The notes: generated by a model from the sequence alone, not told the origin. A stretch of DNA of 64,000 nucleotides from Bacteroidia bacterium (GCA_040403495.1 JBBAKM010000005.1:23677-87676); one strand, 5' to 3'; positions 9,282 to 19,660 are shown, counted from the stretch's first letter. A program made the numbers and translations.

Positions 9282-10097
9282 ATGAATAAATCGAATAAAT
9301 TAACACTTTTGGCAATTATAGCAATTTCCGTGGGGGGATGTAAGGTAGAACCTATTCAAAACTTACCTGATAGGAAGTATGAATTGGTTTGGAGTGATGA
9401 GTTTGAAGGGGATTCTGGCGTTAATCCTAATGCTTTAAAATGGACCTATGATATTGGCACAGGACAAAATGGGTGGGGAAATAATGAACTTCAATCTTAT
9501 ACCAACAATCCCCAAAATGTATCTATAGATGGTACAGGGAATTTGGTTATTTCGGCTTTGAAAAGTAGTTCAGGAAACTACACTTCGGCAAGGATTAAAA
9601 CAGAAGGTCTTTTTGCCCATCAGTTTGGAAGAATTGAAGCCCGTATTAAAACACCAACTGGTTCAGGAATATGGCCTGCATTTTGGATGTTAGGAGCCGA
9701 TTTTAAGGATGTTGGCTGGCCTCAGTGTGGAGAAATTGATATTATGGAACAAAAAGGCAAATTCTCTAACATTACTTATGGTTCAATTCACGGCCCCGGA
9801 TATTCTGGTGGTCAAGCCATTACTACGCCATACGGACTGAAAGATAATAGGTTTGATGCCGATTTTAATGTTTATGCGGTTGAATGGGGCGCAAATTATA
9901 TTGATTTTTTTGTCAATAATTACCTTTACAAAAGAGTAACTCCCTCCGATGTTACAGGTGAGTGGGTGTTTAATAAACCTTTTTTTATTATCCTGAATAT
10001 TGCGGTTGGTGGAAATTTTGTTGGTCCTCCCAATATCAATACTCCTTTCCCAAGTTCTATGTATATCGATTATGTTAAAGTTTACAAAGAAATATAG
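9282..10097 (+). CDS. GH16 endo-beta-1,3-glucanase (laminarinase) lipoprotein
   Basis: The lipobox is SVGGC. It carries WSDEFEG, NGWGNNELQSYT, WPAFWMLG and the catalytic ExDxxE motif as GEIDIMEQ. Confidence 0.9.
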   Translation: MNKSNKLTLLAIIAISVGGCKVEPIQNLPDRKYELVWSDEFEGDSGVNPNALKWTYDIGTGQNGWGNNELQSYTNNPQNVSIDGTGNLVISALKSSSGNYTSARIKTEGLFAHQFGRIEARIKTPTGSGIWPAFWMLGADFKDVGWPQCGEIDIMEQKGKFSNITYGSIHGPGYSGGQAITTPYGLKDNRFDADFNVYAVEWGANYIDFFVNNYLYKRVTPSDVTGEWVFNKPFFIILNIAVGGNFVGPPNINTPFPSSMYIDYVKVYKEI

Positions 10098-10236
10098 TTA
10101 TCAAAAAAGGATTTTAAGAGAGGTTTGATTTAAACGCTTATTTGATTTTAATTTATCAAAATTCACCATCACAACAAAAATAAAACGAATAGTCGGTTAG
10201 TCTTTTAACCAAAAACGAAGCAATAGTTACCATATA

Positions 10237-13200
10237 ATGTCAGGTCAAAAACAAAATAAAGAAGCTACTTTAGTAGAGATAAAAAGATTGAAAATTGAAG
10301 GAGAGAACTTCTTTTGTATTTCAAATTATGATGAAATGCGTCCCTTTTTTATGAGTGTGGTAAGCGATTCGCACCATTGGATGTTTATTTCAAGCAATGG
10401 CGGAATTTCTGCCGGTCGCAAGAATGCTGAATATGCTTTGTTTCCCTATTATACTGCGGATAAAATTACGGAATCTTATGATATAACAGGCTCTAAATCC
10501 ATTTTCCAAATTATTCAAAATGAAAAAATCCATGTTTGGGAACCTTTTTCTGAGAGGAATAATAGCTTGTTCAATGTTTCTAGAAATCTGTATAAAAATG
10601 CCATTGGGAATAAAATTATTTTCGAAGAAATTAATCACACTTTTGAACTTACATTCAGGTATGAATGGAACTCAAGTGATCAATATGGTTTTGTTCGTAA
10701 GTCTTCATTAACAAACAATGGCAATCAAGCCTTAACGGTTGCTATATTAGATGGTATACAAAATATTATGCCTGACGGTGTCGGTGCTGATTTGCAAAAC
10801 TCAACCAGTATTTTAGTAGATGCATACAAACGCAATGAACTTGACATTGAATCGGGTATGGGAATTTATGCACTCAGTGCTATAATCGTTGATAAGGCGG
10901 AACCAAGCGAAGCGCTCAAAGCAAATATTGCTTGGTCTATTGGTATAGATAAACCCAAATACTTGCTTTCTTCTCTCCAACTTAATGCGTTCAGAAGAGG
11001 GGAGGATGTTGTTCAAGAAGAGGATGTTAAGGCAGAAAAAGGGGCTTACTTTATTAACCAAAAAATAACCTTAACCGCTGGCGAAAAGAAATCATGGTTA
11101 ATCGTTGCCGATGTGAACCAAAGTCAAGCAAATGTAGTCGCATTAACGAATGAAATTATCTCAAATAAGGAACTCAAAAAGCAAATTGAAAGTGATATAG
11201 AAATAGGGTCTAAACGTTTGAAGGAACTAAATGCATCTTCAGACGGCATTCAATTGTCTGATGATGTTTACAGAGATACTCGACATTTTTCCAATACTCT
11301 TTTTAACATAATGAGAGGGGGTATTTTTGATTTTAATTATCAAATAGAAAAAAAAGACCTTGTCAGTTATCTGGCAAATGCCAATAAAGAAGTTTATGAA
11401 ACTCACAAGGATTTGTTGCAAAGTTTGGATGATGTTTTTAACGTTTTTCAATTGCAAGACATATACAGCTCCATTAATGACAATAACTTCAAACGACTTT
11501 GTATAGAGTATTTGCCACTCAAGTTTAGCAGAAGGCATGGAGATCCAAGCAGACCTTGGAATAAATTTTCTATCAATACTCGCAACGCGGATGACCATTC
11601 TAAGGTGTTGGATTACGAGGGGAATTGGAGAGATATTTTTCAGAATTGGGAAGCTTTGTCCATCTCTTATCCTGCATTTACCAAAGGCATGATTCATAAG
11701 TTCTTGAACGCTACAACTTTCGAAGGCTATAATCCTTACAGGGTTACAAAGAGTGGATTTGATTGGGAAACGGTAGAGCCAGATAATCCTTGGTCGTATA
11801 TCGGTTATTGGGGTGATCATCAGATTATCTATTTACTCAAATTGTTGGAAATGAATGAGAAATACTATCCAGGTCAATTGAGTAGCGAATTCAGTGAAAA
11901 CTTATTTGTTTATGCCAATGTCCCCTATAAAATTAAAAATTATCAGGCGATTTTAAGAAATGCGAAAGATACAATTGAATTTGACAAAAAGTTGGATGAG
12001 GAGATTAGAGAAAATCGTGATTTAATTGGTTCAGATGCTGCTTTGCTTTTTGCGCAAAATGATAAAATCTATAATGTCAATTTTATTGAAAAAATATTGG
12101 CAACAATTTTATCTAAACTTTCCAATTTTATTCCCGAAGGCGGTATTTGGATGAATACCCAAAGACCAGAATGGAACGATGCCAATAATGCTTTGGTTGG
12201 AAATGGAGTTTCTATGGTAACATTGTATTACCTCAGAAGGTTCCTTGAATTCTTCGAAAAACTAATTGAACAAACAACTGAAGAACGTATAGAATTGTCG
12301 AATGAGTTAATCATTTTCTTTAAAAAAATTCATGCCACATTCGAAGACAACTTAGCTTTGTTAAATTCAGGAATAAACGACAGTCAACGTAAAGCAATTC
12401 TTGATAGCTTAGGACAAGCAGGAAGCGATTACCGTGAACATATCTATAAACATACTTTTTGGGGCGAAAAAAGAACTATTTCATACCGAAGACTTAAAAG
12501 TTTTGTTAAGGTAAGTCTTCAGTTTATTGAACATACTATTAAGGCCAATAAGCGTGAGGATAACATGTATCACTCCTACAATTTAATGACCCTGAAGAGC
12601 GAAAATGAAATTTCAATCACCTATTTAAGTGAAATGCTTGAAGGTCAAGTAGCCGTTTTAAGCTCCGGTTATTTGTCTCCTGAAAGTGCCCTTAAATTAT
12701 TGGATAGTATGAAAAATAGTGCCCTATTTAGAGAAGATCAATACAGCTATTTGCTCTATCCTAATAAGCAACTTCCAAAGTTTTTAGATAAAAATAGAAT
12801 TCCTAGTGAATTAGTTAAACAATCTCAGCTTCTTTCACTCATGCTTAATGACGGAAATAAATCAATTATAGAACAAGATTTAAAAGGGGAATGTCGATTT
12901 AATGGGAATTTTAAAAATTCAAATGACCTGAGTAATGCTATTGATTTGTTAAGCCATTCTAAATATGCTTCATTTATTCAAAGTGAAAAGAAGCTACTCT
13001 TAGAAATTTTTGAATCTGTATTTAATCACAAGTCATTTACTGGTCGCTCAGGTACTTTTTATGGATACGAAGGTTTAGGTTCTATTTATTGGCACATGGT
13101 TTCTAAGTTGCAATTAGCAGTCCAAGAAATGTGTATTCAAGCAATAGAAGTGCAAGAGAGTCCTGAACTTGTAGGGGGATTGTTGAAGCATTACTACGAA

Positions 13201-13689
13201 ATAAATGAAGGTGTTGGCGTGCATAAATCGCCCTCCGTTTATGGGGCATTCCCAACCGACCCCTATTCGCATACTCCAAGTAATAAAGGGGCACAACAGC
13301 CCGGAATGACTGGTCAAGTAAAAGAAGATATTCTGAGTCGATTTGGGGAATTAGGCGTTTTTGTCTCTAAAGGGTGTTTGTATTTTAACCCTTGCTTGTT
13401 GCGAAAAAATGAATTTATAACTCAAAATCGACAATTTCATTACGTAACTGTTGACATGGAACACAAAACATTAATGCCTGAAATTGGATCCTTGTGTTTT
13501 ACGTTTTGCCAAATTCCTATTGTTTATAGATTGTCAAATGATAATTATCTTGAAATTGAAAAAAGAGATGGCACTGTTTTAAGGAATAATTCATTGTGCT
13601 TAAATGAAGAAATAAGTCAGCAAATATTTAAAAGAACGGGTACAGTTTCTAAAATTACAGTTTATATCAATGGGTCTATTCTGAAGTAA
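10237..13689 (+). CDS. Large cytoplasmic protein, candidate GH149/GH94-type beta-1,3-glucan (laminaribiose/oligosaccharide) phosphorylase
   Basis: It is 1150 aa with no signal peptide, embedded among laminarin GH genes next to a sugar symporter. RPEWNDANNAL resembles the (D/E)WND acid-catalyst loop that I recall from GH94-type (alpha/alpha)6 phosphorylases. The size matches my recollection of bacterial GH149 enzymes. This is not verified. Confidence 0.45.
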   Translation: MSGQKQNKEATLVEIKRLKIEGENFFCISNYDEMRPFFMSVVSDSHHWMFISSNGGISAGRKNAEYALFPYYTADKITESYDITGSKSIFQIIQNEKIHVWEPFSERNNSLFNVSRNLYKNAIGNKIIFEEINHTFELTFRYEWNSSDQYGFVRKSSLTNNGNQALTVAILDGIQNIMPDGVGADLQNSTSILVDAYKRNELDIESGMGIYALSAIIVDKAEPSEALKANIAWSIGIDKPKYLLSSLQLNAFRRGEDVVQEEDVKAEKGAYFINQKITLTAGEKKSWLIVADVNQSQANVVALTNEIISNKELKKQIESDIEIGSKRLKELNASSDGIQLSDDVYRDTRHFSNTLFNIMRGGIFDFNYQIEKKDLVSYLANANKEVYETHKDLLQSLDDVFNVFQLQDIYSSINDNNFKRLCIEYLPLKFSRRHGDPSRPWNKFSINTRNADDHSKVLDYEGNWRDIFQNWEALSISYPAFTKGMIHKFLNATTFEGYNPYRVTKSGFDWETVEPDNPWSYIGYWGDHQIIYLLKLLEMNEKYYPGQLSSEFSENLFVYANVPYKIKNYQAILRNAKDTIEFDKKLDEEIRENRDLIGSDAALLFAQNDKIYNVNFIEKILATILSKLSNFIPEGGIWMNTQRPEWNDANNALVGNGVSMVTLYYLRRFLEFFEKLIEQTTEERIELSNELIIFFKKIHATFEDNLALLNSGINDSQRKAILDSLGQAGSDYREHIYKHTFWGEKRTISYRRLKSFVKVSLQFIEHTIKANKREDNMYHSYNLMTLKSENEISITYLSEMLEGQVAVLSSGYLSPESALKLLDSMKNSALFREDQYSYLLYPNKQLPKFLDKNRIPSELVKQSQLLSLMLNDGNKSIIEQDLKGECRFNGNFKNSNDLSNAIDLLSHSKYASFIQSEKKLLLEIFESVFNHKSFTGRSGTFYGYEGLGSIYWHMVSKLQLAVQEMCIQAIEVQESPELVGGLLKHYYEINEGVGVHKSPSVYGAFPTDPYSHTPSNKGAQQPGMTGQVKEDILSRFGELGVFVSKGCLYFNPCLLRKNEFITQNRQFHYVTVDMEHKTLMPEIGSLCFTFCQIPIVYRLSNDNYLEIEKRDGTVLRNNSLCLNEEISQQIFKRTGTVSKITVYINGSILK

Positions 13690-13693
13690 TAGG

Positions 13694-14974
13694 ATGTTTA
13701 ATTTCAGTCAATTATATCGTCTTTTGTGCATACTTTCGCTTGTTCTAATTGCCTGTAATAATAACAATTCAGTAAAAGGGAATATTTGGAATAAACCCCT
13801 TAGTAAAACTGCTTTTCAGATTTTAGGCGATACGAATTACCAAGCAATTTGCTATGGTGGGTATAGAAAAAACACCCGAGATTCACAGACTACTTTATCT
13901 CAAATAACAGAGGATATGCGGATTTTGAATGCAATGGGAGTTAAATTGCTGCGAACCTATAACACCCATTACAAGGAAATAGAAACGATATTGCAGGCTA
14001 TCTCTCAGTTGCGTTCGGAAAATTCGAATTTTGAAATGTATGTGATGCTAGGAGTTTGGATTGAATGTGAAAATGCATGGACACAAAAAGAACCTAATCA
14101 TGACAAGGAAAATGAGAAAGCTAATGCCGCAGAGATAAAAAAAGCAGTAGAATTGGCCAAACAATATCCTGACATAGTTAAAATAATAGCGGTTGGAAAT
14201 GAAGCAATGGTAAAGTGGGCAACTAATTACTATGTTCAACCAAGTGTGATTTATAAATGGGTGAATTATCTTCAATTGTTGAAGAAAAAAAATCAATTAG
14301 ACAGGGATTTATGGATTACATCTTCAGATAATTTCGCGTCATGGGGTGGCGGCGATTCTTCATATCATGTCGATGATTTAAAAAAACTTTATCAGGCCGT
14401 TGATTTTATTTCTATTCATACTTATCCAATGCATGACACCTATTATAATCCTAGTTTCTGGGGAACATTGCCAAAAGAAAATCATTTGACAAAAGAAGTT
14501 CAAATAGATTCTATGATGAAAAGAACATTGAATTATGCCAAAAGGCAATATCTTGGAGTTTATAAGTATATGAAATCCATTGGCGTAAACAAACCAATAC
14601 ATATAGGAGAAACGGGTTGGTCAACCAATTCTAATGATCTATATGGAAGCAATGGTACAAAGGCATGTGATGAATACAAATCGGCTAAATATTATCAACT
14701 TATTCGTGAATGGACCAATAAAGAAAAAATGACTTGTTTTTATTTTGAAGCATTTGATGAAAATTGGAAAGATGCTAATAATACTGCTGGTTCCGAAAAT
14801 CATTTTGGGTTATTTACGGTCAATGGAAATGCCAAATATGCACTTTGGAATATGGTAGATAAAGGTGTTTTTAAGGGTTTAACAAGAGATGGAAACTTAA
14901 TTGAAAAAACATACAAAGGGAATAAAGAAGCATTGATGGAAATAGTAGAACTTCCCGCCAAATTAAAACAATAA
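13694..14974 (+). CDS. GH17 beta-1,3-glucanase/transglycosylase lipoprotein
   Basis: The lipobox is LVLIAC. It carries AVGNEAMV (acid/base), IHIGETGWST (nucleophile), YFEAFDENWK and ENHFGLF. Confidence 0.85.
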   Translation: MFNFSQLYRLLCILSLVLIACNNNNSVKGNIWNKPLSKTAFQILGDTNYQAICYGGYRKNTRDSQTTLSQITEDMRILNAMGVKLLRTYNTHYKEIETILQAISQLRSENSNFEMYVMLGVWIECENAWTQKEPNHDKENEKANAAEIKKAVELAKQYPDIVKIIAVGNEAMVKWATNYYVQPSVIYKWVNYLQLLKKKNQLDRDLWITSSDNFASWGGGDSSYHVDDLKKLYQAVDFISIHTYPMHDTYYNPSFWGTLPKENHLTKEVQIDSMMKRTLNYAKRQYLGVYKYMKSIGVNKPIHIGETGWSTNSNDLYGSNGTKACDEYKSAKYYQLIREWTNKEKMTCFYFEAFDENWKDANNTAGSENHFGLFTVNGNAKYALWNMVDKGVFKGLTRDGNLIEKTYKGNKEALMEIVELPAKLKQ

Positions 14975-14977
14975 TAA

Positions 14978-16486
14978 ATGAATATTTTGCCAAACATATC
15001 ATACTATAACAAGTTTTTGCTTGTCATTGCTTGTATGGCTTTTGTTCAGTGCACAAATGATAATATGAAAATTGAAGTTTATGAAACCTCCAAAAGCGGA
15101 AATGCACTAACTCTGGTTTCTGATTTTAAAACAGCTGAAAAAGTAGTAAATATGTCAATTGACACAGAGGTGACCTTCCAAACTATTGTTGGCTTTGGCG
15201 GTTCATTTACCGAAGCCTCAGCCTCACTGCTCAATCAATTAAGTAAAGAAAAAAGAGAAGAATTATTACAAGCCTATTTTGGGGATAATGGTGCTAAATA
15301 TTCGTTAAGCAGAACACACATGGCATCCTGCGATTTTTCAAATTCTAATTACACTTATGCCAAACTTGAAAACGATTTGGATTTGAAAGGTTTTACAATT
15401 GAAGATGATGTTGATGATTTAATCCCAATGATATTGGAGGCTAAAAAAATATCGAAAGAAGGGTTTAAAATTATTGCTTCACCATGGACTGCACCACCTT
15501 GGATGAAAGACAATAATCACTATGTGGGAGGGAAATTATTACCTCAATATTACGATGTGTTTGCCTTGTATTTCTCTAAGTACTTGGAGGCTTATAAAGG
15601 GAAAGGAATTGATATTTGGGGGCTTACGGCTATTAATGAACCCCATGGGAATGGAAGTAATTGGGAAAGCACCCATTTTACACCTAAAGAAATGACAGAT
15701 TTTGTTGAAAATCATTTGGGTCCCAAGCTTGAAAAAGACGGTTGGGGCGATGTTAAGGTTTTAGGTTATGACCAAAATAGAGCTGGAATAAAAGAATGGG
15801 TGGATGAGATGTTCAGAAGTGATAAATCTTCGAAATATTTTGCAGGAACAGCTTTCCATTGGTATGAGAGTACTTATGAGGTTTTTCCGGAAGCCTTGTC
15901 TTATGCGCACCATAAAGCCCCAAATAAATTACTGATAGAAACCGAAGGTTGTGTGGATTCAGAAGTACCCAAATGGCGCAATGACCAATGGTATTGGGAA
16001 ATGGAGGCAACGGATTGGGGTTGGGATTGGGCGAGTGAAAAAGACAAATACTTGCATCCTAAATATGCACCTGTCAACAGGTATGCCATAGATATTATAG
16101 GGTGTTTAAATAATTATGTGAATGGTTGGGTGGATTGGAATATGGTGTTAAACAAACAAGGTGGTCCCAATTGGTTTAAAAATTGGTGCGTTGCCCCCGT
16201 TATAGTTGATGCCGAAAAAGATGAAGTTTATTACACTCCCTTGTATTATGTAATGACACATTTTAGTAGATTTATGAGGCCCGGCGCTTTGAAAATTAAA
16301 TGTGATATTGATCAAAAGTATCTTCATGCAACTGCTGTAAAAAATCCGGATGGAACTATTGCTGTTGCTGTGTTTAATCCAATCTATGAGGCTGTTACTA
16401 TTAAATTAAAACTAAATAACAAATTCCAAACATGGACCATAAATCCCCATGCCATTCAAACAATACTTATAAATAATCATAAATAG
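14978..16486 (+). CDS. GH30 glycosidase (glucosylceramidase-like; beta-1,6-glucanase type in laminarin loci)
   Basis: It carries VGFGGSFTEASA, SPWTAPPWMK, GLTAINEPHG (acid/base) and LLIETEGC (nucleophile). The signal/lipobox is AFVQC. Confidence 0.85.
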   Translation: MNILPNISYYNKFLLVIACMAFVQCTNDNMKIEVYETSKSGNALTLVSDFKTAEKVVNMSIDTEVTFQTIVGFGGSFTEASASLLNQLSKEKREELLQAYFGDNGAKYSLSRTHMASCDFSNSNYTYAKLENDLDLKGFTIEDDVDDLIPMILEAKKISKEGFKIIASPWTAPPWMKDNNHYVGGKLLPQYYDVFALYFSKYLEAYKGKGIDIWGLTAINEPHGNGSNWESTHFTPKEMTDFVENHLGPKLEKDGWGDVKVLGYDQNRAGIKEWVDEMFRSDKSSKYFAGTAFHWYESTYEVFPEALSYAHHKAPNKLLIETEGCVDSEVPKWRNDQWYWEMEATDWGWDWASEKDKYLHPKYAPVNRYAIDIIGCLNNYVNGWVDWNMVLNKQGGPNWFKNWCVAPVIVDAEKDEVYYTPLYYVMTHFSRFMRPGALKIKCDIDQKYLHATAVKNPDGTIAVAVFNPIYEAVTIKLKLNNKFQTWTINPHAIQTILINNHK

Positions 16487-16507
16487 TCTTATATTAAACC
16501 ATCAATC

Positions 16508-18070
16508 ATGTCAGTTTTACCATCAAATAGCAGAGAAAAAGTGCCCTTTATTCAAAAAATTTCATTTGGGTCGGGTCACTTAGTCCTCAATTTATTGCCT
16601 GGGGCATTAGGTGTATTTAGCTTCTTTCTTTTAACAGCCTTTGGTATGGATCCGTTTCTTGCAGGTTTGTTAGGTGGTTTGCCAAGGATTTATGATGCAT
16701 TAACCGACCCAATTATGGGTTTTATATCGGATAATACAAAGTCTAAATGGGGAAGAAGAAGGCCTTATATTTTTATTGGCGCTATCCTTAGTGGTATTTT
16801 CTATATTCTATTGTGGCAGCTAAGTCCTGAAAATTCTCAAATGTATAACTTTTGGTATTTTTTAATTTTCTCAATTGTTTTTTTAACCGGCAATACCATT
16901 TATGCAACCCCTCTTGTTGGTCTTGGTTATGAAATGACATCGGATTACAATGAAAGAACAAAATTAATGGGATTCTCCCAAACGATTGGTCAGTTGGCTT
17001 GGATGATAGTCCCTTGGTTTTGGGTGATTATTGCGGATCCTAAAATATTTGCAACCCAAGCTGAAGGGGTAAATCAATTGTCGTTTTATGTAGGTGCCGC
17101 TTGTATAGTTTTGGGTATATTGCCTGCATTCTTTTGTAAAGGGATAGACTCTCAAAACATGGAAAATAGAAAGAAAATTAGTCTAAAAACAGTTGGGTCC
17201 AACGTAAAAGACTTATTTATCTCAATGAAGCAAGTCTCCAAAAACAAGCCATTTATGAAATTGTGTGGTGCTACTTTCTTGATATTTAATGGATTTCAAA
17301 TTGTAGCGGCATTTAGTGTGTTTATTATAGTGTTTTATATGTACAACGGGAGCTATGCCGCAGCAGGAACTTGGCCTGCTTGGTTTTCAACTATTTCTGC
17401 TCTTTTAACAGCTTTTTTGGTTATTCCTATTATTACTTGGATGTCAAAAAAATGGGGTAAAAAAAATGCATTTATCATTTCAACGGCTATTTCAATTGTT
17501 GGTTATATTCTTAAGTGGTTTGGGTTTAATACTGCATTAAATTCGCAATTCAATCAAACAGGCTTGTCTCGAAAAATGACTAATGCAGTAGGCTCATTTT
17601 TTGATTTGATAAATCCAACACTTGCCGATTTAAATATGTCTTGGTTTTCTATCAATACCTCAAATGAAATGCCTTGGTTAATATTTTTACCCATCCCGTT
17701 TATTGCTTTTGGCTTGGGTGGATTGTTTACGTTAATGATGAGTATGACAGCAGATGTTTGTGATTTGGATGAGCTTGAAAATGGTATGCCAAGAAAAGAA
17801 GGAACCTTCGGTGCTATTTATTGGTGGATGGTTAAGTTAGGTCAAGCACTTGCTTTGGTTCTAAGCGGATTGGTGTTAAAATTAATTGGTTTTGATGGTG
17901 GTGCAGCTTCACAATCCGCCGAAACTATGTACTATTTAAGAATTGCAGATATAACGATTCCTTCGGTTACAGCAGCTATCGCAATAATTATTATGTGGAA
18001 ATACAATTTAGATGAAGAAAAGGCTAAAAAAATCAAAGAAGACTTAATTGCAAGAAGAGGGGAATTGTAA
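16508..18070 (+). CDS. Glycoside-pentoside-hexuronide (GPH/MelB-type) MFS sugar:cation symporter
   Basis: It is a multi-pass membrane protein. The GPH signature is DALTDPIMGFISDNTKSKWGRRRPYIFIGAI. Confidence 0.85.
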   Translation: MSVLPSNSREKVPFIQKISFGSGHLVLNLLPGALGVFSFFLLTAFGMDPFLAGLLGGLPRIYDALTDPIMGFISDNTKSKWGRRRPYIFIGAILSGIFYILLWQLSPENSQMYNFWYFLIFSIVFLTGNTIYATPLVGLGYEMTSDYNERTKLMGFSQTIGQLAWMIVPWFWVIIADPKIFATQAEGVNQLSFYVGAACIVLGILPAFFCKGIDSQNMENRKKISLKTVGSNVKDLFISMKQVSKNKPFMKLCGATFLIFNGFQIVAAFSVFIIVFYMYNGSYAAAGTWPAWFSTISALLTAFLVIPIITWMSKKWGKKNAFIISTAISIVGYILKWFGFNTALNSQFNQTGLSRKMTNAVGSFFDLINPTLADLNMSWFSINTSNEMPWLIFLPIPFIAFGLGGLFTLMMSMTADVCDLDELENGMPRKEGTFGAIYWWMVKLGQALALVLSGLVLKLIGFDGGAASQSAETMYYLRIADITIPSVTAAIAIIIMWKYNLDEEKAKKIKEDLIARRGEL

Positions 18071-18097
18071 ATAAATCTTCTCTTGTCTTTTAAGAGT

Positions 18098-19660
18098 TTA
18101 CTTTAATTTATTCTCCAAAATCAAAAAGGGAATTCCCTCTTTTATCCACTGTTCTTCTATGCCTATTTTGGGCACAACTTCCATAATCAATGAACCCAAA
18201 CAGATGTCCATGTCGCCATCATTGTCATAGTCGCCACAATCCATTAATATCCATCTCCCTTTGTTTACTTTGTCTATGGAATAGGCTTTGAAGTTTTTAG
18301 CATCGTAAAAATTACCGCCTAAATTTTTGTAAAATACAAATCCTTGTTCCAATTGATGTTGCCAATCAGGGAAAAATGAGATTGCGGCAATGTCCTTATG
18401 ACCGTCATTGTCAAAGTCGTGAACAAATGCCGAGTATGCGCCATTTAAGGGAAGAAATAATCGGTTTTTAAAGACATTGTTTCCTTCGTTTTCATAAAGA
18501 TAAATACCGTGATATGGTTTTAATATGGGTAAAAAATCGGCATTGTCTCCCGCGGTGTAAATAAGGTCTTTTTTGCCATCGTTGTTCAAGTCTTGGATTT
18601 GTAAGGACGACGAGCCATAAGAAGGCGGAAATTGAAGAACTCTTTCTCTTTTAAACTGACCATTTCCTTGGTTGTAATAAATGTCAATTCCCTCGTCGGC
18701 TTGCGCAAATAGTGCAACAATGTCTTGTTTGCCATCGTTGTTCATGTCTTCAATGTAAGCCTTAGTTGCGCCCGGTTTGTCCCATAACACTTGTTTCTTG
18801 TATTTGCCATTGCCTAAGTTTTTAAACCACGACAAGCATCCTGTAAATTTGCCAAATTCACAAACCACTAGGTCAGGCAAACCGTCGCCATCAATGTCTG
18901 ACACACTTGTATGGACAGGTCTTCTTAGTTGGTCAATAAGTATTGTAGCGCCCTCAATTCCATTTTTGGGAAGCGACATAATCATGCCTTTGGGATTATC
19001 CGTAGGGGCAAACTGTCCCATAAAAGTAACGTATTGTTCGGTCTCTGTTTCATTAACACAAACGGCACCTTCTTCAACCTCTATAGCACGTTTGATGCTA
19101 AAATCGGGGTTCAATTCAATAAATTGCTGTTTATTGGCATCTCCAAAGTAAATTCCACCATTTTTTTTGAATTTGAGCAGGGTAGTGGATGGGGGCGAAA
19201 AAACGTTAGGCGGAATGATGGCATTGAAAAAAGGATTGTTTTTTTCTAAAGCCAAAGGTGTGGTTTTTAATTCTTCGGGCGCATTTTCAATAAAATACTG
19301 CTTTATTTTTTGCCAATCTTCACTGCTGATAACAGGTTTTGATGGGTAAATATTTTTTTGAATTAAGAATGAATCCCCCTCATTGTTTTCAAACAGAGAA
19401 AGTCTTTCTTCTTCCGATTTGTAAATGCCTAAAAAGTGACCCATTTTAGGCATTACATGTTGTTCCCACATGGCTTTACTAAAATGTCCAGGTTGTGGAA
19501 GTTGATGACATCCTTGGCAATATCTTTCTGCTAAAGCGTAACCTTCCTCATTGTTTTGGGGAGTTGTTGTATTGCACGACCAAATGAGTAAGTGTAAAGT
19601 AATGAATAAGATAAAATAGAGTAAAAGTCTGAACATAAATGGCAATAAGAGTTTACGCAA
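18098..19660 (-). CDS. FG-GAP/VCBS-repeat lipoprotein with an N-terminal c-type haem-binding motif
   Basis: It has the lipobox LIWSC and a CQGCH motif near the N-terminus. Five Ca-binding-type repeats follow: DIDGDGLPD, DMNNDGKQD, DLNNDGKKD, DFDNDGHKD and DYDNDGDMD. The start is either TTG at 19660 or ATG at 19636. Confidence 0.7.
   Translation of the reverse strand: MRKLLLPFMFRLLLYFILFITLHLLIWSCNTTTPQNNEEGYALAERYCQGCHQLPQPGHFSKAMWEQHVMPKMGHFLGIYKSEEERLSLFENNEGDSFLIQKNIYPSKPVISSEDWQKIKQYFIENAPEELKTTPLALEKNNPFFNAIIPPNVFSPPSTTLLKFKKNGGIYFGDANKQQFIELNPDFSIKRAIEVEEGAVCVNETETEQYVTFMGQFAPTDNPKGMIMSLPKNGIEGATILIDQLRRPVHTSVSDIDGDGLPDLVVCEFGKFTGCLSWFKNLGNGKYKKQVLWDKPGATKAYIEDMNNDGKQDIVALFAQADEGIDIYYNQGNGQFKRERVLQFPPSYGSSSLQIQDLNNDGKKDLIYTAGDNADFLPILKPYHGIYLYENEGNNVFKNRLFLPLNGAYSAFVHDFDNDGHKDIAAISFFPDWQHQLEQGFVFYKNLGGNFYDAKNFKAYSIDKVNKGRWILMDCGDYDNDGDMDICLGSLIMEVVPKIGIEEQWIKEGIPFLILENKLK

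Noticed and set aside
11239-11820. A 193-aa antisense ORF inside the 1150-aa gene. Many similar 60-127-aa antisense or overlapping ORFs appear in the track (e.g. 18777-19151, 20602-20985, 41058-41441, 54318-54620, 56413-56697).
   Set aside because: They lie wholly within longer ORFs that carry clear family motifs on the other strand or frame. Their low-complexity sequences have no motifs, so they are treated as shadow ORFs.
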